Shown here piece by piece: positions 1 through 8,230 of a stretch of DNA of 64,000 nt. The stretch is taken from positions 51,380 to 115,379 of the IMG/VR virus record IMGVR_UViG_3300021255_000050. One strand, 5' to 3'. Made by a program: the position numbers and the translations under genes. Positions within the stretch are counted from its first letter, which is position 1; each line of letters starts with the position of its first letter. The notes beneath the pieces are model-generated. The model worked only from the letters and a program-made list of their open reading frames with translations. It was not told the origin of the DNA and did no database searches. Source of the stretch: a virus. Taxonomy: Duplodnaviria > Caudoviricetes.

Positions 1-81
1 AAACCAAAGGATAATCGATCTAAGAGAAACTAGAAAGAACAGGGAAGTCGTATTATGGCAGCCCTAAAATGGAGGAACATA

Positions 82-423
82 ATGGACCACAATATTATGT
101 TTGGTGTCATGCCCGATGCGCCCGTCGAAACCAACGCCAGAGGTGGCAAGCAGTCCTCGTCGCCCTATGCTTTCGAGCTGCTGCCGATCACCTCTATGTT
201 TGCTGCAGCAAAGGTAGCCCGTGAAGGCGCGACTAAGTACGGCGAAACATTCGGCGACCGCAACTACACCAAGATCCCCTCGACGGACCACATTAACCAC
301 GCTATCGCCCATCTGTACGCACACCTCGCCGGCGACACCAGCGACGAGCACCTTGCCCACGCGATCGTGCGCCTGCTGTTTGCGTATGATTGCTGGAAGG
401 ATGAAACGGATGTACCTGTATAA
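82..423 (+). CDS. dATP/dGTP diphosphohydrolase-domain protein (DUF5664-like)
   Basis: GATKYG..RNY and DxSDEHLAHA motifs typical of the family; GGAGG SD before ATG 82. Confidence 0.7.
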   Translation: MDHNIMFGVMPDAPVETNARGGKQSSSPYAFELLPITSMFAAAKVAREGATKYGETFGDRNYTKIPSTDHINHAIAHLYAHLAGDTSDEHLAHAIVRLLFAYDCWKDETDVPV

Positions 424-646
424 GTACTACGGTGCGTTCGGCGAGAAGCTCGCAGACGATGAGTATACGCTCATCGACAAAGATATAGCTGCAGAAGATG
501 CGCTTCACGCAGTTTATGATGACCTCGGTTTCACCCCGCGCTACGTTCGAACAACAGAGCCGGACGAGCAGGGTGTAACCTACTTTGATTATGGTTCACA
601 CACAACATTCTATGTGCTACTCCCACGGCCGTGGGAGTTGTGTTAA
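410..646 (+). CDS. hypothetical phage protein
   Basis: ATG 410 after GGAAGGA, overlaps the upstream stop; DYGSHT motif. Confidence 0.6.
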   Translation: MYLYKYYGAFGEKLADDEYTLIDKDIAAEDALHAVYDDLGFTPRYVRTTEPDEQGVTYFDYGSHTTFYVLLPRPWELC

Positions 647-671
647 TCACGGCGCCCTCGTGGCGCCACAT

Positions 672-747
672 GCAAGCGTAGCTCAGTGGTGAGAGCAGGT
701 TCCTTATAAGTGCCGTGCCGCTGGTTCGATTCCAGCCGCTTGTACCA
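672..747 (+). tRNA. tRNA-Ile (anticodon UAU)
   Basis: Acceptor GCAAGCG/CGCTTGT, D arm, anticodon loop CT-TAT-AA, T arm GCTGG-TTCGATT-CCAGC, encoded ACCA; one T-T mismatch in the anticodon stem. Confidence 0.8.
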
Positions 748-816
748 GGGCGTGGTGGTAGTTCAGACAGGTAGAACACTCGTAGATGACGGTTCAACCC
801 CGTCCCGCCTCGCCCA
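748..816 (+). ncRNA. tRNA-like element lacking an anticodon arm
   Basis: D-arm-like TAGTTCAG..GGTAGAAC and T arm GACGG-TTCAACC-CCGTC; ~11-bp terminal stem; only ~10 nt between D and T arms. Confidence 0.5.
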
Positions 817-819
817 TAT

Positions 820-895
820 GCAGACATAACTCAATGGATAGAGAAAAGGTAGCGATCGCTACCTTATATGCGGGTTCGACTACTGCTGTCTGCCA
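820..895 (+). ncRNA. tRNA-like element with aberrant palindromic anticodon arm (pseudo-tRNA)
   Basis: Acceptor GCAGACA/TGTCTGC, D arm, GGTTCGA T loop; anticodon arm is the 20-bp palindrome AAGGTAGCGATCGCTACCTT with no 7-nt loop. Confidence 0.55.
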
Positions 896-977
896 TGGGA
901 TCGGTGCGCTTTATGTCAATCTAACCAAGCAAAACAGCAAAGACATGTGGCAGCCGGGAACGAGACCGGCAAAACAT

Positions 978-1051
978 TGGGGATTAGTATATTGGCTTGA
1001 TTACACCCGGCTTTGAACCGGGTAAGAGTGGATCGTAACCACTATCCCCAG
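978..1051 (+). tRNA. tRNA-Gln (anticodon UUG)
   Basis: Acceptor TGGGGAT/ATCCCCA, anticodon arm CCCGG-CTTTGAA-CCGGG, T arm AGTGG/CCACT with a non-canonical loop. Confidence 0.75.
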
Positions 1052-1075
1052 CTTTTCATGAAAGGATGTGAGACT

Positions 1076-1261
1076 ATGGACCTCGACAAGCTGAATGAGA
1101 AGCTCGAACCTTGCCCATTCTGCGGAGAACTGGCTGGAGTCGGCATCCTTGGCGGCAAATTCTTCATCGCATGCACGCATTGCCCTGCTTGCTTCCCACC
1201 AAACGGCATGGAACTGGAGGAATTAATCAAATGTTGGAACGAAAGAGCAAAAGATACGTGA
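1076..1261 (+). CDS. Lar-family (restriction alleviation) zinc-ribbon protein
   Basis: LEPCPFCG...CxxC...WNERA pattern. Confidence 0.75.
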   Translation: MDLDKLNEKLEPCPFCGELAGVGILGGKFFIACTHCPACFPPNGMELEELIKCWNERAKDT

Positions 1262-1357
1262 CAATCTGTGATATGTACAGGCTTCCGCGCAGAACTCCCA
1301 GTTGGTTGGCGGCTCTGCGCTTTTATCTTGACCGATTTTTCCATAGGAGGAAGAAAA

Positions 1358-1552
1358 ATGAGGCTTATAGACGCTGAACCCCTAGAAAATAGGGTAACAG
1401 AACTGCGAAAAGTGTTTCGAGGCGAGGCTCGCGAAGCTCTTGACCTCGTTGCTGCAGCAATAATCAAGGCTCCGACGGCTGAAATCGTAAGCGGAGAGCT
1501 TTGCGCCATCCGTTTCAAGGAAAGGACCGGTAAAAATGCCACGAGCACGTAA
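1358..1552 (+). CDS. hypothetical phage protein (MRLIDA family)
   Basis: AGGAGG SD; MRLIDA N-terminus and APT motif common in Firmicutes phages. Confidence 0.7.
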   Translation: MRLIDAEPLENRVTELRKVFRGEAREALDLVAAAIIKAPTAEIVSGELCAIRFKERTGKNATST

Positions 1553-1833
1553 GAAACCTGTCGAGATCGAGCCGGAAGAGCACAGCATTATCGTCAGAGT
1601 GCCGAAAAATACCATAAAGCTGGAGATTACAGCGTGGTTTGCTGACGAAAAAGGCGAGGAAATCATAAAAGCAACGAAAAAAACTCTCGCCAGATGACTA
1701 CCGAAAGTGTCGTAAGCACTTCGAAGAAGAGGTCGGTGACGAAGATTACGATGCTATATATTGCCTAACCCCTAAGGGAGAAGAATTTCTCAGAGAACTG
1801 GAGGAAAAAGACTATGATGAACGTGAACGTTGA
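1536..1833 (+). pseudogene. small gene frameshifted at an A7 tract (1677-1683)
   Basis: Frame 1 stops at 1697; removing one A joins it to an open frame ending at 1833 that overlaps the next gene start. Confidence 0.5.
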
Positions 1834-2353
1834 AGCTCCTTGGTACACTTTCCTGAAAAAGGTCCAGGCCCTTTTCGAAGGCGACCCTGAAATTGTTGTA
1901 GAACCGGACCTTACTGAACTTGAAGGCGGCAACCATGACTATGCCCTGATGATCGGTGTGAAGAACCACGAGAAATATCTCGCGCTGGACAGGATGATGC
2001 GCAAGGAACACACCTTTGGCAACATCAGCGTCGAGGTTATGCTGTTCGATGAAGAGAATACTGCCAACGAAGAGAACGACCGCATCGAACTGTACCGCAC
2101 CATCTTCAAGGGCAACCGTATCGTGCGTGATGTGAAGGAACAGACCGACTTTACTGGCACAAAGTTTGGCTACGTCCGCTTCGAGCCTGAGGTCATCCAG
2201 TTCGATGACGACAACACTGCTGACTACAGCGGCCTGTGGAATGGTCTCGCCGAAGACATTGCCCGCGAAGTTTTCGTGGATGAGTTCTGCGGTGTCTACT
2301 TCTGCACTGTGGACAAGCGTGAGAACGCCGTTGCTGCTACTGCTGCCGAATAA
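1814..2353 (+). CDS. conserved hypothetical phage protein
   Basis: 179-aa ORF, GGAGG SD, strongly biased codon usage, followed by a terminator. Confidence 0.8.
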   Translation: MMNVNVEAPWYTFLKKVQALFEGDPEIVVEPDLTELEGGNHDYALMIGVKNHEKYLALDRMMRKEHTFGNISVEVMLFDEENTANEENDRIELYRTIFKGNRIVRDVKEQTDFTGTKFGYVRFEPEVIQFDDDNTADYSGLWNGLAEDIAREVFVDEFCGVYFCTVDKRENAVAATAAE

Positions 2354-2366
2354 GAGATAATAAATT

Positions 2367-2409
2367 GACCCGGCCTTGGTTCTTTGTTAGAATCGGGCCG
2401 GGTCTTTTT
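2367..2409 (+). terminator. rho-independent terminator
   Basis: GACCCGGCC...GGCCGGGTC followed by TTTTT. Confidence 0.7.
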
Positions 2410-2421
2410 GGTGGTGATGTT

Positions 2422-3630
2422 ATGGAGATTACACTGGAAAGCCTGAAGAGCCTTATTAATGAGGCTGTTCGCGTGAACCTTGAAAACTGCATGACTACGC
2501 TGTTGACATCCGAATCGAAAGAGAAGGATGAAGATATGAAAAGATTCATGTACACTTACAATGATGGAAACGGCGACGAACAAACAGTAAGAATCTTTGG
2601 CAATTCAAGGACAGATGCTGATAAAAAATTCCAGGACTTCATTAGCGATATTGATGAGGGCAGCATGACCTTCAGGCAGTTTATCGAGGACTATTATACG
2701 CAGGGTTTCCTGCCTAAAAAAGCTACAACACGCGCAACATACGAGTACTATATCGAGCACTATATGTATCCGATCATCGGTGATATAGAGCTGCTGAAAA
2801 TAAAAGTGAAGCATGTGCAGCAGATCATGGACTACCTTGCGAACGGAAAAAAGAATGGGCTGAAGAAAAACATCGTAAGCGGAACCATATCGAGAGTCGT
2901 TGGTCTGCTATCTCACATAATGCGCATAGCCCAGGCTTCGGATTTAATTCCGGCGAACCCTGTGAAGACCGTACTGCTGCAGAACAGGGGAGAGGAAAGC
3001 GGCCACCATATAGCACTCGCTGATGAGGACATACACTACATCAAGACACAGCTGCCGGAAATGGAAGACGACCACGAGAAGGTTTGCCTTGCGCTTATCG
3101 CATACACAGGCTGCAGACCAGAAGAGATCCGTGGGATTCGGTGGGAAGATGTGGACCTTGCTGAGCGCTATATCAGCATCAAGCGAGCTGTTACATATGC
3201 TGGAAAGAAAAACAGGACCAATGTTGATACACCAAAGACTGAAGCATCAAAGCGCACCGTATATATCCCGGAGCCTCTGCTGCGAATCCTCGAATCAGTT
3301 AAGGATAAGCGTGGCTACCTCGTGCACGCGATTCGGAATAAGGAGAACCCTATCCCGGAAAGCTCATGGAAGCGCTTGATCAAATCGGGCTTTACAAATC
3401 TCGGCATCAGTGGCTGCACGCCGTATGACTTTAGAGCGACGTTCGCGACACAGTGCAAGGAGAGCGGCATCACAAGCGCACAGGTCGCTGATTTGATGGG
3501 CCACGCTGATACGAGGATGGTCGAGACGGTATATGCAAAGACGAGACACCAGAGCGTTATGAAGCAGAGCGCAAAACTTGAGGCATTGAACGAGCAGTAT
3601 ACCAAGCACGTCACTAAAAACGAGGCTTGA
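2422..3630 (+). CDS. int: tyrosine integrase
   Basis: YTGCRPEE (catalytic R), PKT, YDFRATFAT (Y in place of H in HxxR), LMGH, VY; adjacent to attP. Confidence 0.93.
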   Translation: MEITLESLKSLINEAVRVNLENCMTTLLTSESKEKDEDMKRFMYTYNDGNGDEQTVRIFGNSRTDADKKFQDFISDIDEGSMTFRQFIEDYYTQGFLPKKATTRATYEYYIEHYMYPIIGDIELLKIKVKHVQQIMDYLANGKKNGLKKNIVSGTISRVVGLLSHIMRIAQASDLIPANPVKTVLLQNRGEESGHHIALADEDIHYIKTQLPEMEDDHEKVCLALIAYTGCRPEEIRGIRWEDVDLAERYISIKRAVTYAGKKNRTNVDTPKTEASKRTVYIPEPLLRILESVKDKRGYLVHAIRNKENPIPESSWKRLIKSGFTNLGISGCTPYDFRATFATQCKESGITSAQVADLMGHADTRMVETVYAKTRHQSVMKQSAKLEALNEQYTKHVTKNEA

Positions 3631-3672
3631 GCCGTTGAGATATAAGGCTTCGTGATGCACAAGCACGTCACT
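3603..3672. repeat. 13-bp direct repeat CAAGCACGTCACT (3603-3615, 3660-3672), candidate integrase arm sites
   Basis: Exact repeat flanking the int stop codon, next to the att core. Confidence 0.55.
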
Positions 3673-3745
3673 TTTTCAGGACCCGCCAATTTAATATTAA
3701 TAAACAAAAACCGCTGCAGCCTTATGCCACAACGGTTCCCGACAA

Positions 3746-3789
3746 GTGGGGTTTAGAGGACTCGAACCTCCGACCTTTACGATGTCAAC
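3746..3789 (-). other. attP: attP core: 3' half of host tRNA-Val(GAC)
   Basis: Minus strand GTTGACATCGTAAAGGTCGGAGGTTCGAGTCCTCTAAACCCCAC runs from anticodon loop to acceptor 3' strand; no 5' half upstream; directly downstream of int. Confidence 0.8.
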
Positions 3790-3877
3790 ACATAGTCATG
3801 CCAGCAACGTTGGGTTTACGCAGTTCGAATCTGCATGCTGGAATCATTCGCGCTCTCTAGATATGTAGAGCGCACAA

Positions 3878-3914
3878 TAAAATAGGGGCGTCACGATTTG
3901 TGACACCCCATTTT
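3878..3914. terminator. terminator hairpin, possibly bidirectional, ending the late/lysis operon
   Basis: GGGGCGTCAC-GATTT-GTGACACCCC with A/T runs on both sides. Confidence 0.65.
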
Positions 3915-3918
3915 AATA

Positions 3919-4251
3919 TCAGCCGTCGGCAGCTTCTTTAATCCCTGCAGCAATCTGCTTAATATCAAGCTCTTGCCATGCGGCGCTAATCGCATTAAGG
4001 ACTTCGTTAGTTTCGACGTTCCAACCGTCGGCCTTCAACTGATCGATAGCGCACTTGAGCTTTTCTTCTCCATGGCCGCGACCATACAGAGCCTCGGCAG
4101 CTTCAACAGCAATCATCGCAGCATCAACCAAACCAGCCTGCTCAATGTAGGGCCGGATGGTTCGCCGGTATAGGCGGTTAAACAAGAACGTAACAACAAT
4201 AATTACTGCGGTAAGGATCGCAGTCCACGGCAGCTCTTTCAGAAACTCCAT
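3919..4251 (-). CDS. holin (LL-H-like)
   Basis: N-terminal TM helix, AVEAAE..YG.G.GEEK motif, lysis-module position. Confidence 0.75.
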   Translation of the reverse strand: MEFLKELPWTAILTAVIIVVTFLFNRLYRRTIRPYIEQAGLVDAAMIAVEAAEALYGRGHGEEKLKCAIDQLKADGWNVETNEVLNAISAAWQELDIKQIAAGIKEAADG

Positions 4252-4263
4252 ACAATCACCTCG

Positions 4264-4515
4264 TTAACCTTCAGTATCATCATCTCTGCGGGCAGTAAAG
4301 TTCTCGACACTTGCTCGCCCAAAGTAGCCCGTAACAACAACACCCGCGAGCGTTGCGAATATCTGGACGAGGCTGGTCACAGCATTAATCTGGTTCGGGT
4401 CGCAGCATACGAAGACGCACAGCGCGATCGCGACGAGTACGAGTATGAAGACGCCAAGGAGCGACCACTTTGTAACGCGCTTGCTGTAAGCGATATATTC
4501 TTTTTCAGCTTTCAA
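4264..4515 (-). CDS. two-TM membrane protein (holin/antiholin-like)
   Basis: Two hydrophobic helices, lysis module. Confidence 0.6.
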   Translation of the reverse strand: MKAEKEYIAYSKRVTKWSLLGVFILVLVAIALCVFVCCDPNQINAVTSLVQIFATLAGVVVTGYFGRASVENFTARRDDDTEG

Positions 4516-4981
4516 TTGGACATCCCTTCAGTTTCTCTTTAAAGTCTCCTGGGACATGGTTTCGTCCACCTTTAATATAGGCATCATAAATGCGCTCGAG
4601 GGATGCGACCTTTGAAACGCTGATCGGCTCCTTACGAACGCAGTGCTGCGTGTATGCTTCCATCAGCTGATAGTACGTCAGGGAGGATGACTGTTCCTGA
4701 ACATCAGCCATAGTCGCTTTAAGCTCGTCGATTCGCTCGAAGACCTTGTCGATGAGCTTGGCTTGTTCTTCATCTCGCTTGCGGACATTCTTGTCGAGGT
4801 TGTCAACAGCTTGCATAATACGTGCTTCCATGTCATCATGGTCCACCTTATCTTTCGCTTTCTTTCCAAACCACGCAATGATGAGTTCGATGTTCTTAAC
4901 GAGACTTACGATAATGGCGAGGCCAGCGCCGATGGTTACGGCGAGACCCCAGCCTGTTGATAAGAGAGCCTCCATAGGCAT
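4505..4981 (-). CDS. membrane-anchored coiled-coil lysis-module protein
   Basis: N-terminal TM, coiled coil, YDAY..GGRNH motif. Confidence 0.6.
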   Translation of the reverse strand: MPMEALLSTGWGLAVTIGAGLAIIVSLVKNIELIIAWFGKKAKDKVDHDDMEARIMQAVDNLDKNVRKRDEEQAKLIDKVFERIDELKATMADVQEQSSSLTYYQLMEAYTQHCVRKEPISVSKVASLERIYDAYIKGGRNHVPGDFKEKLKGCPIES

Positions 4982-4988
4982 TCCTCCA

Positions 4989-6419
4989 TTAAATTCGGAC
5001 CCCAGCTTCTTTCATTGCTGCAGCAAGAGATTTTGCTACAGATTCGCTGAGTGTAATAGTAACGACAGGTTCTACAGCCGGCGGCATCGGTGCGATTTCC
5101 TCGCTCGGAACCATTGGTGCAGCAAGGAATTGAGACATGATGTAGCCGCTCTTTCCGTTAAACGAAACCGGAGTCCAACCACCAGAGGGTTCGCCGGCGG
5201 TTACGATGGTGCCAACAGGCAGCTGCTGGATAATAGCGGCATCGGCGCTCGGCTGGTGCCGGAAATTAACGCTCTTGCCGTTTGCTGATGTAATGACCAT
5301 GGTCATATGCACATCTTCTTTCTTTGTAGGGTTAGTATAGTCAATGCCTTTCAGCTCGCCCCAGTGGGACCACGTGGTCACCTTTGATTTGATGACGCCG
5401 GTCTTTGCCCCTTGCGCTTCGATTACCTCGCCATTGCCAATGTACAGGCCAATGTGGTGGTAGCGCTTCTTCGGGTCTGGGTCGTACTTAAAGACTGCAG
5501 TGCCGGGGAGAAGCTCCTTGCCATCAATGCGCTTGCCGCGGGCGAGGGCGCCATTTGCTGTGCAGCCTTTGGACCAGATGGAGTTCGAGCCGTGGTAAAT
5601 AGTCTGGCCGTGCTTCTTGAAAGCGTAAACAAAAAGACCAGAGCAGTCAGTAACGTTGTGGTTGATCCACTTCGAACCATACTTGATCGAGTATGTGTAG
5701 TTGGGATCAGAAGCTTTCGTTTCTTTCAGCCGAGCTTGCTTGGCAGCGGACCACACCTCGCCGCTCGTGCCATAGATGTAGCCGAAGTTGCTGGTGAGAG
5801 CATACTCGAATTCGGAGATAAGTGTTTCAGGAATCATAAGGTCACCACCTTGTATGGTTGATCCGGGATAATAAAAAGCGAGGATTTCCTCGCAGCTTTT
5901 GCCATGCTCCGCAGCATAGATCGCACCAACCTGGCTCATGCCTACGCCGTGGCCGAGCTTCACACCATCGCTTGCTGCGGAATCCCATTCATCAGGCTGC
6001 GAGATAAGGTAAGGTCGCGACCCGCCCCAGCGTTCTGCGGATGAAGTTGTGTGGCCGCCGTTCGAGTGCGAGTAGGAGCAGGGCGAGAGCAGCTTATCGT
6101 TGTAGGTGAGGACGCGACCGGCGGTAGCGCGGGCTGCAGTTATGGCATTTGGGTATGTAGTGTTATTAAGCCTTTCAATACGGAAAGCTTGGGCCGACGA
6201 AGATGAATCTGAGATAGCTTTGCCAGCTTGAATATATGAATATGCCAGTGTTCGAGACGCAATTGCTTGGGCTTTACATGCTTCGAGCGGGGCATTGCCA
6301 ATTTCGGAAGCAACTACGCAGGAAATATAATCCTCCAGATCAAAATAAATAACGCTGCCCACAGTCGTATGAAAGTAGGCAGCGTTATTTGCGTTGGTAA
6401 GTTTTATGTCAATATTCAG
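4989..6419 (-). CDS. multidomain endolysin: SpoIID/LytB-like + NlpC/P60 + SH3 (probable CTG start at 6419; ORF track uses GTG 6362)
   Basis: LEDY..VVASE..EA.KAQAIASRT and GHGVGMSQ.GA (SpoIID); DCSGLF..HHIGLY (NlpC/P60); VNFR..PS..GW..V.FNGKSGYI (SH3). Confidence 0.88.
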   Translation of the reverse strand: MNIDIKLTNANNAAYFHTTVGSVIYFDLEDYISCVVASEIGNAPLEACKAQAIASRTLAYSYIQAGKAISDSSSSAQAFRIERLNNTTYPNAITAARATAGRVLTYNDKLLSPCSYSHSNGGHTTSSAERWGGSRPYLISQPDEWDSAASDGVKLGHGVGMSQVGAIYAAEHGKSCEEILAFYYPGSTIQGGDLMIPETLISEFEYALTSNFGYIYGTSGEVWSAAKQARLKETKASDPNYTYSIKYGSKWINHNVTDCSGLFVYAFKKHGQTIYHGSNSIWSKGCTANGALARGKRIDGKELLPGTAVFKYDPDPKKRYHHIGLYIGNGEVIEAQGAKTGVIKSKVTTWSHWGELKGIDYTNPTKKEDVHMTMVITSANGKSVNFRHQPSADAAIIQQLPVGTIVTAGEPSGGWTPVSFNGKSGYIMSQFLAAPMVPSEEIAPMPPAVEPVVTITLSESVAKSLAAAMKEAGVRI

Positions 6420-6595
6420 ACGAAAAGATACTCCAACGGGATATTGACATAATGGTTATTGTTATCTGGAGGAAGATCATAACAAGGTCTGTCGTCTATG
6501 GCAACATATATTTTGTCACCATAAAGAACGACATCATTTTCTTTGAACGACAAGCCGTTCAACCATTCGCCGCGAACAACGTAGTTACTCGGCAT
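6416..6595 (-). CDS. small protein, carbohydrate-binding-module-like
   Basis: RGEW....F..NDVVLY...IY...PP pattern; coupled to both neighbours. Confidence 0.5.
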   Translation of the reverse strand: MPSNYVVRGEWLNGLSFKENDVVLYGDKIYVAIDDRPCYDLPPDNNNHYVNIPLEYLFV

Positions 6596-6719
6596 AAGGT
6601 TCACCGACGATTTCTTCATACTGTTCAGGAGTGATAACACCCTTCTTGACAGCATTGGCTACCATGGTCTTAGTCCACAGACGCGGATACCACTTCTTAA
6701 TCTTCTCAAACATTCTCAT
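6585..6719 (-). CDS. XkdX-family protein (below the ORF-track cutoff)
   Basis: MRMFEKIKKWYPRLWTKTMVANAVKKGVITPEQYEEIVGEPYAE; GGAGG SD. Confidence 0.8.
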   Translation of the reverse strand: MRMFEKIKKWYPRLWTKTMVANAVKKGVITPEQYEEIVGEPYAE

Positions 6720-7902
6720 CAACCTCCACTTCGTCTTCGGGAAGCTCAATATCGGCCATCATAGCGATGTATTCCTGGAAGGCCTCGAACTTCTCCATAG
6801 CCAGTTCCATAACGTCATTGCGCTGCTTCACTCTGGCAGCAACCAGTTCCTTGTTCAGAATCATAGTAACACCCTTTCTTTGTTTAAGGTATAATCTATG
6901 CATATTAGAGCGAGCACCGCTTGTATTACCGTGCTTCGCGTATGCATTCAAACATGTATAACTCTCATTATATTTTCCCAATGGCATTATACCAGCAGAA
7001 ACTTTACGAATCAACTTCTTCAGCTTTGACCGCTCACGCTTTGAAGACGCTTTTGAAAGCTTTCTCAAAACCTTACCTGTTCGTGTAAGGATAAAGCGCC
7101 ACTTGAGAAATACAATGCCTTGGGATAATTTATAAATACAAGTTTTCTTGTTTAGCGTTAATCCCATCTCAAATAACTTTTCTTTGATTACATTTAAACA
7201 ATACTGTAGATAAGCCTTATCTTCATGAATAAGAATAAAATCATCCATGTAACGAATGTAGTGCTTGATATGCAATTTTTCTTTAATGAAGTGGTCAAGA
7301 TCATCCAGCACAGCAAGTTGTATTAATTGACTTACCTGACTGCCAAGACCAATACCACGATCGCTACCAAAAGAATCAATTATATCAACAGTATATTTGT
7401 ATGCCATGTCGTCTTTTACTCTTTTGCGAACAGCAGCTTTAGCAACATCATGAGGTGTTTCCGGGAAGAAGTGATGTATATCACACTGCAGAACATATCC
7501 ATCACAACCGCTTTCTCTATAGTACTTATGCAAGTGATGGTTCATTCTATCAAGAGCAAACGTTATTCCTTTGCCAACATGACAAGCGCAATTATCATAA
7601 ATAAAACTTCTTGTAATAGCCGGAGTAAGAATGTTATCACAAAGAGAACGCTGAAAAGCACGGTCGCGAACACGAGTCGCAACGATTTCTCGCTCTTTGG
7701 GTTCGTGAATGGAAAATATCTGATAAGGACTTATCTTGTATGATCCATCCAAAAGAGATTTGCGCAGCGAATGAACTTCACGTGATAAACTCAAAGAGAA
7801 TTTGACTACAGAATCTTTCCACATAACATTTCTGCAGGATTTCTTCGCACCTATCCAAAGCTGTTCGAAGCTAATTGCTTCTTCAAATGTCTTTATATCC
7901 AT
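6706..7902 (-). CDS. DGR reverse transcriptase (C-terminus in frame with a small phage ORF starting at 6864)
   Basis: EPKERE, RDR..Q, DIHHFF, GIGLGSQVSQ (DGR-type SQ), YIRYMDD; next to TR and avd. Confidence 0.95.
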   Translation of the reverse strand: MDIKTFEEAISFEQLWIGAKKSCRNVMWKDSVVKFSLSLSREVHSLRKSLLDGSYKISPYQIFSIHEPKEREIVATRVRDRAFQRSLCDNILTPAITRSFIYDNCACHVGKGITFALDRMNHHLHKYYRESGCDGYVLQCDIHHFFPETPHDVAKAAVRKRVKDDMAYKYTVDIIDSFGSDRGIGLGSQVSQLIQLAVLDDLDHFIKEKLHIKHYIRYMDDFILIHEDKAYLQYCLNVIKEKLFEMGLTLNKKTCIYKLSQGIVFLKWRFILTRTGKVLRKLSKASSKRERSKLKKLIRKVSAGIMPLGKYNESYTCLNAYAKHGNTSGARSNMHRLYLKQRKGVTMILNKELVAARVKQRNDVMELAMEKFEAFQEYIAMMADIELPEDEVEVDENV

Positions 7903-8074
7903 AATAAAAGAACTACCGGGTTAATAGGCTAAGCCCTTGCGGGTTCATATCTTTGTCCCATACGTACAAAGTCACGGCCATCACCGGCTTGTATTCACCC
8001 ATACAGGTTATGTTGCAAACTCCCTGAATCATGCACTGATTTCACTTAAACGTTACTTTATTCTCGCTTTGTAT

Positions 8075-8202
8075 CCAGTCCGCGGCCAGCCCGTTCGCGT
8101 TGTTCGCATTATTGTTGTTGGGGGCGCCGGAGGTGTTGACGTTACGCACATTGTTTGCATTAGTCGGGTTAGGACCACGCAACCACCAATTGCGGGCAGC
8201 AG
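8075..8202 (-). repeat. DGR template repeat (TR)
   Basis: 128-bp AAC/AAT-rich copy of the target 3' end; 21 of 22 mismatches to VR are at TR adenines. Confidence 0.95.
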
Positions 8203-8230
8203 CTTATAGTTTGCAACCTAGAGTAAACAG

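Noticed and set aside
3746-3840. Complete or intron-containing tRNA-Val gene
   Set aside because: No D arm or 5' acceptor strand is present; better explained as the attP core.
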